A stretch of DNA of 64,000 nucleotides from Dehalococcoidia bacterium (GTDB lineage: Bacteria > Chloroflexota > Dehalococcoidia > SZUA-161 > SpSt-899): contig JAWOBB010000041.1 of assembly GCA_046498265.1 (NCBI GenBank), positions 18,362-82,361 on the forward strand, read 5' to 3'. The stretch's first letter is position 1; the number at the start of each line of letters is the position of its first letter. This document shows, in pieces, positions 1 to 9,525 of this stretch. The position numbers and the translations under genes were made by a program. Under the pieces are notes generated by a model, which saw only the letters and a program-made list of their open reading frames with translations, searched no databases and had not been told where the DNA came from.

Positions 1-760
1 GTTTTCCGCTTTTATCGAAAGCCACGGTGATTTCATCCAGCCGCTTGCGCAGGTCTGCCAGGTCGGTGATAATGGAGAGAATGGCCATGCACTCGGAACC
101 TACGGCAATCCCGAACCTGGACTGCATGGTAAAGCCGTCCATGCGCCCGCCGAGGCCGATGACGATGTTGCGCAGGCTCTGGGCACAGAAGTCCATTATC
201 CAGCCCATTTCCACTCTAGTGGGGTCAACGTCAAGACGGCGCATGCCGGTCAGCCGCTGCAACTGCTCGTCGTTGTAGTTGCGCTCGTGCTGCATGCGGG
301 AAGTCACAGCTACCATGGCCAGGTTGTGGGCGTTCATGATATCGTTGATATCGCCGGTCAGTCCCAGGGAGAATTCGGTCATGGGGATGAGCAGGGAGTT
401 GCCGCCCCCGGCCGCCGTCCCCTTGACGTTCATGGTAGGTCCGCCGGACGGCTGCCTCAGCGCCCCGCCGACGTTTTTTCCTCTCATGCCGAGCCCTTCC
501 ATCAGGCCGCATGAAGTGGTGCTCTTGCCTTCACCCAGGGGGGTGGGCGTGATGGCGGTTACCTCGATGTACTTGCCATCGGGCCTGTCCTTCAGCCGGT
601 TTATTATCTTCAGAAAGTCCAGCTTGGCCAGCCTGCCCATGGCCAGGACCTCGTCTTTCTCCAGGCCCAGTTTGTCCCGCCACTCGTCGGGCATGGGCAT
701 CTTTTCTTCGGCAGCTTCCGATATCTGCCAGTCTTCCATTTTGGTGGCATCGTATGGCAT
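1..760 (-). CDS. fhs: Formate--tetrahydrofolate ligase (FTHFS), N-terminal part; gene runs off the window start
   Basis: Minus-strand translation from ATG at ~760 reads [27 protein letters not shown]...[27 protein letters not shown]..., matching the conserved FTHFS N-terminus and P-loop. A GGAGG RBS lies upstream. The gene is absent from the ORF track because no stop falls inside the window. The plus-strand ORFs 27..278 and 279..803 are antisense artefacts. Confidence 0.85.
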   Translation of the reverse strand, partial: MPYDATKMEDWQISEAAEEKMPMPDEWRDKLGLEKDEVLAMGRLAKLDFLKIINRLKDRPDGKYIEVTAITPTPLGEGKSTTSCGLMEGLGMRGKNVGGALRQPSGGPTMNVKGTAAGGGNSLLIPMTEFSLGLTGDINDIMNAHNLAMVAVTSRMQHERNYNDEQLQRLTGMRRLDVDPTRVEMGWIMDFCAQSLRNIVIGLGGRMDGFTMQSRFGIAVGSECMAILSIITDLADLRKRLDEITVAFDKSGK

Positions 761-874
761 GTGTCCTCCTAAAAATTTGCTTCCAAAGTTTCCTCGCACT
801 TGATGGGAGAGGTCAGGTGAGGGTGCTTTCCCCCTCCCTTTGATTCCCTCCCGCCAGGGGAGGGAGAACCCTTA

Positions 875-1783
875 TTATTCCGTGGCAATCCCGGCCCGTC
901 TCTCGGCGGCGACCACCGTGTTCTGCATCAGGATGGTGATGGTCATCGGGCCCACGCCGCCCGGAACCGGGGTGATGGCGCTGGCTTTCTCGCTGACCGG
1001 ACCGAATTCAACGTCGCCGCGCAGGTCGGCCACCATCTTGTTCGGGTCTTTTTTCGAAGGTTTCATTCCCACCCGGTTGACGCCGACGTCGATCACCACC
1101 GCACCTTCCTTGACCATATCCGCCTTGATGACCTCGGGTGCTCCCATGCAGGCCACCAGGATATCGGCCTGCCTGGTGATTTCGGACATGTTTTTGGTTC
1201 CGGTATGAACCACGGTTACGGTGGCGTTGCCGCGCTTGTTCTTCTGGACCAGCATGGCCATCAGCGGCTTACCCACGATATTGCTTCTCCCGCAGATGAC
1301 AACGTGCTTGCCGTCGGGGGGGTTACCGCTGCGAATCATCAGTTCCACCGCACCATAAGGCGTGCAGGGCATGAAGAACGGGTCGCCGATGAGCATCTTG
1401 CCCACGTTGATGGGATGGAACCCGTCCACATCCTTGACCGGATCAATCAGGTTGAGAACCTTATCCGCATCTATGTGCTTGGGGACGGGGAGCTGGACCA
1501 GGATTCCGTCCACGTGCTCGGCCTTGTTCATCTCCTCGACTTTAGCCAGCAGGTCAGATTCGGGAGCGTCTTCGGGCATCACAATGGTCTGCGTCCATAC
1601 CCCGATTTCCTCGGCCGCCTTCTCTTTGCCGGTAACATAGGAAACGGAGGCCGGGTCCTCTCCAACCCGCATCATCACCAGCCCCGGCGTGACCCCTTTC
1701 TCCGTACACTTCTTGACCCTCTCCGCTAGCTCCGCTCGGATATCCTTGGCCACCTCGGTACCTGAGATTATCTTTGCCGTCAT
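875..1783 (-). CDS. folD: Bifunctional 5,10-methylene-THF dehydrogenase / methenyl-THF cyclohydrolase
   Basis: 302 aa, full-length FolD architecture with the conserved C-terminal PGGVGPMT motif; immediately upstream of fhs on the same strand. Confidence 0.92.
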   Translation of the reverse strand: MTAKIISGTEVAKDIRAELAERVKKCTEKGVTPGLVMMRVGEDPASVSYVTGKEKAAEEIGVWTQTIVMPEDAPESDLLAKVEEMNKAEHVDGILVQLPVPKHIDADKVLNLIDPVKDVDGFHPINVGKMLIGDPFFMPCTPYGAVELMIRSGNPPDGKHVVICGRSNIVGKPLMAMLVQKNKRGNATVTVVHTGTKNMSEITRQADILVACMGAPEVIKADMVKEGAVVIDVGVNRVGMKPSKKDPNKMVADLRGDVEFGPVSEKASAITPVPGGVGPMTITILMQNTVVAAERRAGIATE

Positions 1784-2023
1784 ATTTTGACCTCCTCTTT
1801 TTTGGAATTGGATTTTCTGCCGGCGTGGAGAAGCCGCAACTGCGGTTCATTGAAGCATTGGGTGAACCTGATAAGCAGAGTTGAAAGGGGTTACCTTTTC
1901 GGCTTTATTCGGTGAAAAAGCCTTTGAAGTTGCAGCACCAGGAGTTCGGGAAACTGATATCGCCTGCATTTTCACACGCCGAAATCGATTATACAATGGG
2001 GCATATAAGGAAGGCAATAGGTA
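1784..2023 (-). promoter_or_regulatory. folD-fhs promoter and ~200-nt 5' leader
   Basis: On the minus strand, TTGCCT-N18-TATAAT lies about 200 nt upstream of the folD ATG. The long leader contains small hairpins (e.g. ccgcagttgcgg) and ends in AAGAGGAGG-N7-ATG. No known riboswitch consensus was recognised. Confidence 0.3.
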
Positions 2024-2614
2024 TCATTCCTGCCGGCGTTCGATGGCGCCCATCAGGATTCCGGCTGCGATCATGAGCCGGCGGTCGATGGCAGGATTCG
2101 GCTCAAAAATGGTCATGGTGTACTTCAAGATGAATGGATTGAAATGCTGCTTGATAACCGCCTGCCCGAATCCATCGAGAGTTTGGACGGTATAGGTCTG
2201 GGGAACCAGGTCGATGAACCTGCTCAGCATGGCTCCCAGGATGCTCTTCTCCGTCAGCTTACCGACCTCCAGGTTACTGGCATCCAGGAAGGCCCACTCA
2301 TCCTTGAACATCGATTTGAAGAAACTTCGCCTGAGGGCCCCGACGCTTTCCATCGTCTGCATATCGGTAACATAGTATGTGGAACCCAGGTCGAGCATCT
2401 GGGGGGTTTTGATTCTCAGCAACGGCTGATTGACATCGCTGGCATAGACGGTGAAATCCTCCCTGATCCTGAAAGACGCCTGCTCGGAATGCATCACCTG
2501 CCTGCCGCTTTCATCGTAAACCTGGAAGAACCCGCCGAAAATCCTGAATACCTTCCGGCGGAAGGTGTACATATTGCCTCTAAATGCCGGATGGAGCTCT
2601 TTTCCCAATGCCAT
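2024..2614 (-). CDS. Hypothetical protein (possibly tubby-like / LURP-one-related DUF567 fold)
   Basis: 196-aa ORF with coding-like composition; only weak resemblance to DUF567-type proteins. Family call is speculative. Confidence 0.4.
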   Translation of the reverse strand: MALGKELHPAFRGNMYTFRRKVFRIFGGFFQVYDESGRQVMHSEQASFRIREDFTVYASDVNQPLLRIKTPQMLDLGSTYYVTDMQTMESVGALRRSFFKSMFKDEWAFLDASNLEVGKLTEKSILGAMLSRFIDLVPQTYTVQTLDGFGQAVIKQHFNPFILKYTMTIFEPNPAIDRRLMIAAGILMGAIERRQE

Positions 2615-2686
2615 TTTTTCTCCTTTATGCGATGCTGTTTTTGAATCTTAGTCGAATGGACGGGGAAATGTCAAACGGGAAAGTGT

Positions 2687-4585
2687 TCAGATAATTATGC
2701 CGGTATCGAATCCCCGCCTCATGGCATCGGCGGCGTTGCCGGGTGTGGCCGCATCGCCGATTTGATATATCTGGCCGACTTTCCCTTCAAGTTGTTCAGC
2801 CAGTTCGTTTCGCGATTTCACCCCGAGCGCCAGCACAAAGGTATCAAATCCTTGCCAGAAGGTCTCTTTCCCCTCGCTCATGACGGTTACCCCTGAGGTA
2901 TCGATCGCCTTAACCTCGGTGTTTTTGAAAAGCTCCACTCCCAGCTTTTTGAGACGGTGCATGAGGTGAAAATAGACCGTCCCGCCCATATCCGTGCCGA
3001 AGGCTTTGAGCATCTCCACCACCGATACCCTCTTTCCCTGCTCAGCCAGGAATTCCGCCGTCTCCAGCCCGGTGGCCCCTCCGCCAATGACCAGTACTCG
3101 TTCCCCGGCGGGGACATTCCGCAAAGCCTGCCAGGCAGTTACCACTTCGGGCCGGTCGAACCCCTCGATCGGCGGCACCAGCGGCTCAGCCCCGGTGGCT
3201 ATTACCACTACATCGGAATCGGTTGTTATCACCTCTTCGGCGGTGACCCGATGGCCGCATTCTATCTTGACTCCGAGAATCTCTAACTCTCTGGAAAGCC
3301 AGTTAACCAGGCTTAAAAAAACCTGCTTGTGAGGGGGGCGGGATGCCAGTATCCACTGCCCCCCCATTTCATCGGCTGCCTCGTATAGAGCGACCTGATG
3401 GCCTCTAAGGGCAGCTATCCTCGCTGCTTCCAGTCCGGCCAGTCCGGCTCCGATAACCATTACTTTCCTGGACTGACTGGCAGAACGGATATCGATCTCC
3501 GACTCTCGACCGGCGAGGGGATTGACGGCGCAGGCGATGTGGCCGTTGTAGTCCGTATCCAGACAGACGTTGCAGGCAATGCAGCGGCGAATCCGGTCGG
3601 CCTCGCCTCGATAGCTTTTATTCGGCAGTTCCGGGTCGGCCACCAGTCCCCGGGTAATGGCGACGAGGTCAGCTTTGCCGCCAGCCAGTATCTCCTCCGC
3701 CAGTTGCGGGGTGTTGATCCGCCCGGCGGTTACTACGGGAACATTTACCACGCTCTTAACAGCGGCAGCCAGGTTGGTATAGCACCCTTCGGGTGTGTCG
3801 CTCGGGGGAATGGTCAGGGGGTATGAACCGATCGCTCCTGCCGAAACGCTGAGTAAATGCAGCCCTTCGCTTTCCAGCAAAGGGGCAATTTCCTGAGCAT
3901 CCTCGATGGTCGAGCCGCCGGGCACATTCTCCGCGCCGTTGATACGGCAGCTTAAGCGGAAATCGGGACCCACCTCGCTTCGGAGAGCCTGAATGATTCC
4001 CCGGACGATTCGGGTTCGCCCGTACACGTCGCCGCCGTATTCATCGGTTCGCTTGTTTCCCAGAGGGGAAAGGAACTGGCTGAGCAGATATCCGTGGGCG
4101 GCGTGAATCTCGATGAGGTCGAACCCGGCCTGACGGGCCCTTTGAGCAGCCTGAGCAAATTTGCCGGTGAGCTCCTCGATTCGCTTTTCCGACAGCTCTG
4201 CGGGCGGAATCGGGGGCAGGAACCGGGCATTCTTTTCACCCGTCCTCCAGCCGGCATGAAAAAGCTGAGCGCCGATTTTGGCACCGTTGTCTTGAACTGT
4301 CTTGACTATTTCGCCCAGTCTGTCGATGAACCTGTCTTCGTGGAGAAAAAGGAACCTGTCTTCCCCTTCCGGCTCGACGAAACATGCCTCCATCAAGATC
4401 AGCCCCACCCCACCCCGGGCCCGGGCGGCGTAGAATTCCCGCAAAGCCGGGGTTACCATACCGTCGGAGGCCAGGCGCGTTCCCACCGGGGACATGACGA
4501 TCCTGTTTCTGGTCTCCAGTTGCCCGATCCGGAGCGGCTCGAACAGGTGCGGGAAAGCGGTCTCGGAATTCGTCATGGATTCCAA
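2687..4585 (-). CDS. Old Yellow Enzyme-family NADH:flavin oxidoreductase fused to an FAD/NAD(P)-binding domain (2,4-dienoyl-CoA reductase FadH-like)
   Basis: 632 aa. N-terminal OYE TIM-barrel motifs (HAAHGYLLSQFLSP, GGS..ED). Cys cluster CIACNVC...C for an Fe-S site. C-terminal Rossmann GxGxxG motifs (VMVIGAGLAG, VLVIGGGATG). Confidence 0.85.
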   Translation of the reverse strand: MESMTNSETAFPHLFEPLRIGQLETRNRIVMSPVGTRLASDGMVTPALREFYAARARGGVGLILMEACFVEPEGEDRFLFLHEDRFIDRLGEIVKTVQDNGAKIGAQLFHAGWRTGEKNARFLPPIPPAELSEKRIEELTGKFAQAAQRARQAGFDLIEIHAAHGYLLSQFLSPLGNKRTDEYGGDVYGRTRIVRGIIQALRSEVGPDFRLSCRINGAENVPGGSTIEDAQEIAPLLESEGLHLLSVSAGAIGSYPLTIPPSDTPEGCYTNLAAAVKSVVNVPVVTAGRINTPQLAEEILAGGKADLVAITRGLVADPELPNKSYRGEADRIRRCIACNVCLDTDYNGHIACAVNPLAGRESEIDIRSASQSRKVMVIGAGLAGLEAARIAALRGHQVALYEAADEMGGQWILASRPPHKQVFLSLVNWLSRELEILGVKIECGHRVTAEEVITTDSDVVVIATGAEPLVPPIEGFDRPEVVTAWQALRNVPAGERVLVIGGGATGLETAEFLAEQGKRVSVVEMLKAFGTDMGGTVYFHLMHRLKKLGVELFKNTEVKAIDTSGVTVMSEGKETFWQGFDTFVLALGVKSRNELAEQLEGKVGQIYQIGDAATPGNAADAMRRGFDTGIII

Positions 4586-4639
4586 AAAGGGCAGTTCAGC
4601 CAGGAACTGCCCTGGAAAAGATACAAATTTACAGTGTCC

Positions 4640-5425
4640 CTATTTCATCTTCCACTGAGGCTTGCGTTTCTCGGCAAAAGCCCTGGGCCCTTCTTTGGCA
4701 TCCTCGCTGTGCCCTATCCTGTCCATCACTTCAGCTTCGATCTTGAGTCCTTCTTCCAGGGGAACTTCGATGCCCCGGTAGGCCACTTCCTTGACGCCCT
4801 GAACCGAGAGCGGCGCGGCGGCGCAGATACGCTGGGCCAGGGCTTCGGCCTCGCTCATCAGGTCGGCCAGGGGCACCACCTTATTTACCAGATTGATTCG
4901 ATAGGCTTCCTGGGCGCTGATGAAATCGCCGGTCATCAGCATCTCGAGTGCTGCCCCGAACGGAGCCAGGCGGATGAGCTTCTGGGTGCCGCTGTTGCCG
5001 GCCATCAAACCCTGTTTCACCTCGGCGAGCCCCAGGCGGGCGTTCTCGGAGGCGATCCTAATATCGCAGGCCATGGCAAATTCCAGCCCGCCGCCGGTGC
5101 AGATGCCGTTGATGGCGCAGATGAACGGCTTGGGCACGTACAGCCCCTTCATGGGATTGGGTTCCGGAATGGGGAAGGGGGGGCGTTCGGCTTCGGGGAT
5201 GGCCATCCATTCGCCCATCTCCTTCAGGTCTTGACCGGCGCAGAACGCCTTTTCCCCGGCGGCGGTGACGATGGCCACCCAGACCTCGTTATCGTTGCGG
5301 ACGTTCTCCCATGCACTGATAATGCCATCCCAGACCGCCCGGTTCATGGAATTATGGGCCTCGGGCCGGTTGATGGTGATATAAGCGATGTTGCCTTTCT
5401 TCTCGTAAATAAGCTCGTTTGCCAT
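4640..5425 (-). CDS. Enoyl-CoA hydratase/isomerase (crotonase family)
   Basis: Crotonase motifs AAGEKAFCAGQDLKE and ICTGGGLEFAMACDIRIA. Start placed at the internal MANELIYEKKGNIAYITINRPE Met (track ORF extends to 5485) because a GGAGG RBS precedes it. Confidence 0.85.
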   Translation of the reverse strand: MANELIYEKKGNIAYITINRPEAHNSMNRAVWDGIISAWENVRNDNEVWVAIVTAAGEKAFCAGQDLKEMGEWMAIPEAERPPFPIPEPNPMKGLYVPKPFICAINGICTGGGLEFAMACDIRIASENARLGLAEVKQGLMAGNSGTQKLIRLAPFGAALEMLMTGDFISAQEAYRINLVNKVVPLADLMSEAEALAQRICAAAPLSVQGVKEVAYRGIEVPLEEGLKIEAEVMDRIGHSEDAKEGPRAFAEKRKPQWKMK

Positions 5426-5533
5426 TAAAATTCCTCCGATGAGAGATTTCGTCCTCATTTTACCTGTGCTCGGGGCAAAGTACAACCAGCGATGAAACCC
5501 GATAAAGACTGAGCTATACCAGACAGCAGATAT

Positions 5534-6487
5534 TTAAGTGAAGCTGAGTACCCACCGCACCACCCCGACAACGACCAGCACGATGCCTTCTTTTCGGGTA
5601 ATCCGCCATCCAGTGCGCATGAAAATCAATACCATCAGCACCATCCCGGCCAGCGCAATCAGATTCGACCTTGCTTCGATATCCACATCGGGAAGATCCC
5701 CCAGGATGGCTGCCAGGCCCAGAACCCCGAACAGGTTAAAGGTATCACTGCCGATAAGATTACCCACTGACATTCCGGCCCGGCCGCGCAGGGCCGCCAC
5801 CAGGGAGGTAGCAAATTCGGGCATGGAGGTGCCGGCAGCGACGATGGTAGCCCCGATAACCCATTCGGAAATCCCGATTATCTTGGCCAGGTGAACGGAG
5901 CGGTCCACCATGAAATGCGAACTGCCCACCACCAACCCGACACCCAGCAGAAGGAAGAGTATATCGCGACGACGAAACTCGCCGACCGGTTTCTCCAGTT
6001 CGATGGGCTCCTTTTTCCAGTAGAGGTAACCCACGTAACCAATCAGCAGCGTAAATAAAACAGCCCCTTCAATTCGATTCAGCGACAGGTTCCACAGCAG
6101 AATGATAAGTAAGACCGAACCGAAAAAGAGGAAAACCCCGTCACGCCTGACGAGCGTTTTGCTTGTCCCCAGGCTGCGAACGATGGCCGTGCCGCCCAGG
6201 ATCAGGCCAAGGTTGAAGATATTGGAACCGACGATGTTACCCACGGAAATATCGCTCATGCCGCGAATTGCGGCTAAGATAGTAACGCCGAACTCCGGGG
6301 CGGAGGTGCCAAAGGCGACAATCGTCAGCCCGACCACCAGTTCCGAAACCCCAAGGCGGCGGGCGACCCTGGCCGCCGAATCCACCAGCCATACCGCTCC
6401 GAGTCCGATAAAGGCCATACAAGCCAGTATGACAACGACGTCGATAAAAATATCCAAAGCTTCTACCCTAAGCGCCTGTTCTATCAA
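5534..6487 (-). CDS. CaCA-family Na+/Ca2+ (K+-dependent) exchanger, YrbG-like
   Basis: 317 aa polytopic protein with two alpha-repeat motifs (GTSAPEFGVT..., GTSMPEFATSLVAA). Confidence 0.8.
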   Translation of the reverse strand: MIEQALRVEALDIFIDVVVILACMAFIGLGAVWLVDSAARVARRLGVSELVVGLTIVAFGTSAPEFGVTILAAIRGMSDISVGNIVGSNIFNLGLILGGTAIVRSLGTSKTLVRRDGVFLFFGSVLLIILLWNLSLNRIEGAVLFTLLIGYVGYLYWKKEPIELEKPVGEFRRRDILFLLLGVGLVVGSSHFMVDRSVHLAKIIGISEWVIGATIVAAGTSMPEFATSLVAALRGRAGMSVGNLIGSDTFNLFGVLGLAAILGDLPDVDIEARSNLIALAGMVLMVLIFMRTGWRITRKEGIVLVVVGVVRWVLSFT

Positions 6488-6559
6488 TCAACAGGAACAA
6501 AGGCGTCCCCGCAGGACACCTCCGAAAAGCCAGATGCGACAGTCGGGGCAGATTTCCCC

Positions 6560-7306
6560 TTATTTTTTCACCGGCATGAAGGCTTTTATCAGATCCATGG
6601 GCAACGGAAAGATCACGGTGCTGGCCTTCTCCTCAGATATCTCGGTGAGCGTCTGCAGATAGCGCAATTGAAGGGCAGACGGGTCCTGCGAGATCAAATG
6701 GGCGGCATCCAGCAGCTTTTGAGCGGCCTGGTATTCACCATCGGCATGGATGATTTTGGCCCTCTTTACCCGCTCGGCCTCGGCCTGGGCCGCCATGGAG
6801 CGCTGCATGCTGTCGGGCAGTTCCACGTCCTTAATCTCAACACTGCTGACCTTGACACCCCAGGGATCGGTAACCTCGTCTATAATCTTTCTAATCATTT
6901 CATTCAACTTGTCCCGCTTCTGGAGCAATTCGTCAAGGTCATGCTGTCCCAGCACGCTGCGAAGCGTGGTCTGGGCCATCTGATAGGTAGCCAGTTTATA
7001 GTCGAAAACCTCAATCACCGCGTTTTCAGCATTCATCACCCTCAGGAACACGACGGCATTTACCCGGGTGGTAACGTTATCCTTGGTAAGCACTTCCTGG
7101 GTGGGAACATCGATAGTGACAACCCGGGTATCAATCTTTCTCATCCGATCCAGGAAGGGAACGATAAACCGGATTCCCGGCTGCCTGGTACCCACCAGCC
7201 TGCCCAGTCGAAACACTACACCCAGCTCATACTGCTGCACTATTTTTATGGAAGCGGAGAGCAACACCGCTATAAAGATGACAATAATAACAATTGCAAC
7301 GACCAC
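6560..7306 (-). CDS. SPFH/band-7 stomatin-like protein
   Basis: N-terminal TM helix followed by an SPFH domain (IKIVQQYELGVVFRLGR...) and a coiled-coil tail; directly downstream of the NfeD gene. Confidence 0.9.
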   Translation of the reverse strand: MVVAIVIIVIFIAVLLSASIKIVQQYELGVVFRLGRLVGTRQPGIRFIVPFLDRMRKIDTRVVTIDVPTQEVLTKDNVTTRVNAVVFLRVMNAENAVIEVFDYKLATYQMAQTTLRSVLGQHDLDELLQKRDKLNEMIRKIIDEVTDPWGVKVSSVEIKDVELPDSMQRSMAAQAEAERVKRAKIIHADGEYQAAQKLLDAAHLISQDPSALQLRYLQTLTEISEEKASTVIFPLPMDLIKAFMPVKK

Positions 7307-8701
7307 TTAAGACACCTCCTTTTCTTTTCGGGTCACCTTGAGCTTGAGACCTTCTACTTCCGTTATGATCACCTCCTCTTCGGGTTCGGCCCGTCCTTCA
7401 TCCAGGACAGCCTCCCATAATTCACCATGAACCATAACCGTACCTCTGGGATCAAGGGCGGTTCTGACCTGGGCCTCTTTGCCAATCAGGCCCGGGGCCC
7501 CCGTGGGCTGTTTGCTGCGCTGGGCGCGCACCACCGCATAAAGGGCAAAAACGAGAAAACCCACAACTCCTACTACGACAACAACGATAAGCCACCAGTC
7601 AACTCCAAAGTCAGCCATTGATGTCCCTCCGGAAAATAGAATCAGAGAACCGATCACCAGAGCAGCTACACCCCCTGAAGAGAGCAGTCCGAAGCTGCTG
7701 GTAAACAGTTCGGCGGCGAACAGGCCAAAAGCAAGCAGGATGAGCAACACCCCCGCCCAGTAAGCATCCAGCACCGAGAGTGCATAGAAAGACATAAGCA
7801 GACTGAGAGCACCGGTCACTCCGGGGATAATAGAACCCGGACTGTAGAGTTCCAGGATAATGCCGAGCGAACCGATGCTCAGCAGGATGTAGGCGATGTT
7901 GGGGTCGCAGATGGCGTGGAGAAAGCGCTCGATGAGATTCATCCCCGTCTTGTGGATGGTGTAACCTTCGGTATGGATGGTTGCTGTTCCGCTATCGAGC
8001 ACAACTTCCCTGCCATCAAGCTTATCCAGCAAATCATAGATATCCTCGGCACCCAGGTCGACGAGCGGGGGAACCAGGCACGGGCTGCCCATCTCCAGCA
8101 CCTCCCGGTGGCTGGAGGGAACCGGAGCCATCCCCAGGGCTTCCTGATCAGTGAAGGAGAGGGCTTCGGCCACGGTGGCCTCGGCAGCCTTTTGATTGCG
8201 TCCCCTGAGATCGGCCAGGCTGCGGATATGTGCCCGCGTATCTTCCTGCAGTTTTTTCTCCAGCGTCTCGGATATCTCCTCGCCGCTCCCCGATACAGGG
8301 CTGGCAGCCCCGATCCGGCTGGCAGGGGCCATGGCCGCCACATGGGAAGCCATGGTAATAAACGTTCCCGCCGAACCGGCCCAGCGGTCGACGTAGACCA
8401 CCACCGGCACCTCCGCCTCAAGTATGCGATCAACGATGTCCTCGGTGGTAGTAAGCATGCCTCCCGGGGTCTTCAGTTCGATTACCACCACAGCAGCGCC
8501 CTCATCCTCTGCCCTGGAAATCCCCCGATCAATATAATCCGCTATCACCGGAACGATGGTTCCGTCAACATGAAGGACGTGAACTTCAGGGGATGAGGTA
8601 TCGGCAATGGCGCCTGCCGCCAGTGACAAAATGCCCATTAAGAAGGGCAACAGACATAATATATGAAATACCTTTTTCATCTTCATCGATTTCTTCATCA
8701 T
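7307..8701 (-). CDS. NfeD-like membrane-bound ClpP-class serine protease (stomatin-operon partner)
   Basis: Signal/TM segment, ClpP-like region (VIELKTPGGMLTTTEDIV...AGSAGTFITMASH), multi-TM segment and C-terminal OB/NfeD domain. Start chosen at the internal MMKKSMKMKK Met cluster; track ORF extends to 8764. Confidence 0.8.
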   Translation of the reverse strand: MMKKSMKMKKVFHILCLLPFLMGILSLAAGAIADTSSPEVHVLHVDGTIVPVIADYIDRGISRAEDEGAAVVVIELKTPGGMLTTTEDIVDRILEAEVPVVVYVDRWAGSAGTFITMASHVAAMAPASRIGAASPVSGSGEEISETLEKKLQEDTRAHIRSLADLRGRNQKAAEATVAEALSFTDQEALGMAPVPSSHREVLEMGSPCLVPPLVDLGAEDIYDLLDKLDGREVVLDSGTATIHTEGYTIHKTGMNLIERFLHAICDPNIAYILLSIGSLGIILELYSPGSIIPGVTGALSLLMSFYALSVLDAYWAGVLLILLAFGLFAAELFTSSFGLLSSGGVAALVIGSLILFSGGTSMADFGVDWWLIVVVVVGVVGFLVFALYAVVRAQRSKQPTGAPGLIGKEAQVRTALDPRGTVMVHGELWEAVLDEGRAEPEEEVIITEVEGLKLKVTRKEKEVS

Positions 8702-8877
8702 CGATTTGTCCTCAACACATTGGATTCCATTATAGCTGATTACTATCTTTTTGGAAACGGACATGATGCCATATCAAGAGAAAATTCTTGAGATAACATC
8801 AGCTTGACAATGTTATTACAGCAGGCTACGATTGAACCAAATGTCAGCGGAGACAACCTTCCCACAGAGGAGGCCGG

Positions 8878-9525
8878 ATGAGAGGGGATGTACTCGTCAT
8901 ACAGCCATGGCACACCAGCGCGGGACGAAAAGCGGCCGAGCTGATTACCTCTGAAATCTCCTCAAAGGAGGGCAGGTTCGCTGTCACCGTGGCCGGAGAG
9001 TCGGGCAGCGGCAAATCGGAGATAGCTGAGGTAATCTCCGAAGCGCTGGCCGAACAGGGCTTGAAATGCATCATTCTGCAGCAGGATGATTACTTCGTCT
9101 ATCCCCCCAAGACCAACGAAAACGTCCGCCGCCGGGACCCGGGATGGGTGGGGATAGGGGAGGTAAAACTCGACCTACTGGACCAGAACATCGCCGATAT
9201 CAAAGCTGGTGAGACGGAAATCCGAAAACCCCTGGTCATCTTCGAGGAGGATCGGGTAACCGAGGAGACGATATCCATCGACGAGGCCGTAAAGGTGGTC
9301 ATCGCCGAGGGCACCTTCACCACCACCCTCAAGAATGCTGACCTGCACATTTTCATCGACCTCGATTATACGGAAACGAAGAAGGCCCGGCTGGAACGGG
9401 CCCGGGAAGAGCAGGACGATTTCCTGGAAAACGTGCTCCAAATAGAGCACGAGATCATATCGGCCCATAAACCGATGGCGCATATCATCGTAACCGGCGA
9501 TTACGAGGTAGTAAAGAATGTTTAG
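8878..9525 (+). CDS. P-loop kinase of the uridine kinase / phosphoribulokinase family
   Basis: Walker A motif VAGESGSGKSEIAEV and a QQDDYF motif typical of Udk/PRK. Its last 8 nt overlap the downstream GT4 gene. Confidence 0.6.
   Translation: MRGDVLVIQPWHTSAGRKAAELITSEISSKEGRFAVTVAGESGSGKSEIAEVISEALAEQGLKCIILQQDDYFVYPPKTNENVRRRDPGWVGIGEVKLDLLDQNIADIKAGETEIRKPLVIFEEDRVTEETISIDEAVKVVIAEGTFTTTLKNADLHIFIDLDYTETKKARLERAREEQDDFLENVLQIEHEIISAHKPMAHIIVTGDYEVVKNV

Noticed and set aside
27-803. Plus-strand ORFs 27..278, 279..803 and 287..514
   Set aside because: They lie antisense to a clearly conserved fhs coding frame on the minus strand. They are Arg/Ser/Pro-rich and typical of GC-rich antisense frames.
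1784-2023. ZTP (pfl) riboswitch upstream of folD
   Set aside because: The context is classic for ZTP, but I could not find the conserved GGGTCGTGAC...CCGGGCGGA or 3' CCGCCTGGGCA elements. The leader is kept only as an unclassified regulatory region.
4094-5428. 444-aa plus-strand ORF
   Set aside because: Antisense to the OYE/FadH-like and enoyl-CoA hydratase genes. It has low-complexity Gly/Pro/His-rich composition and no RBS.
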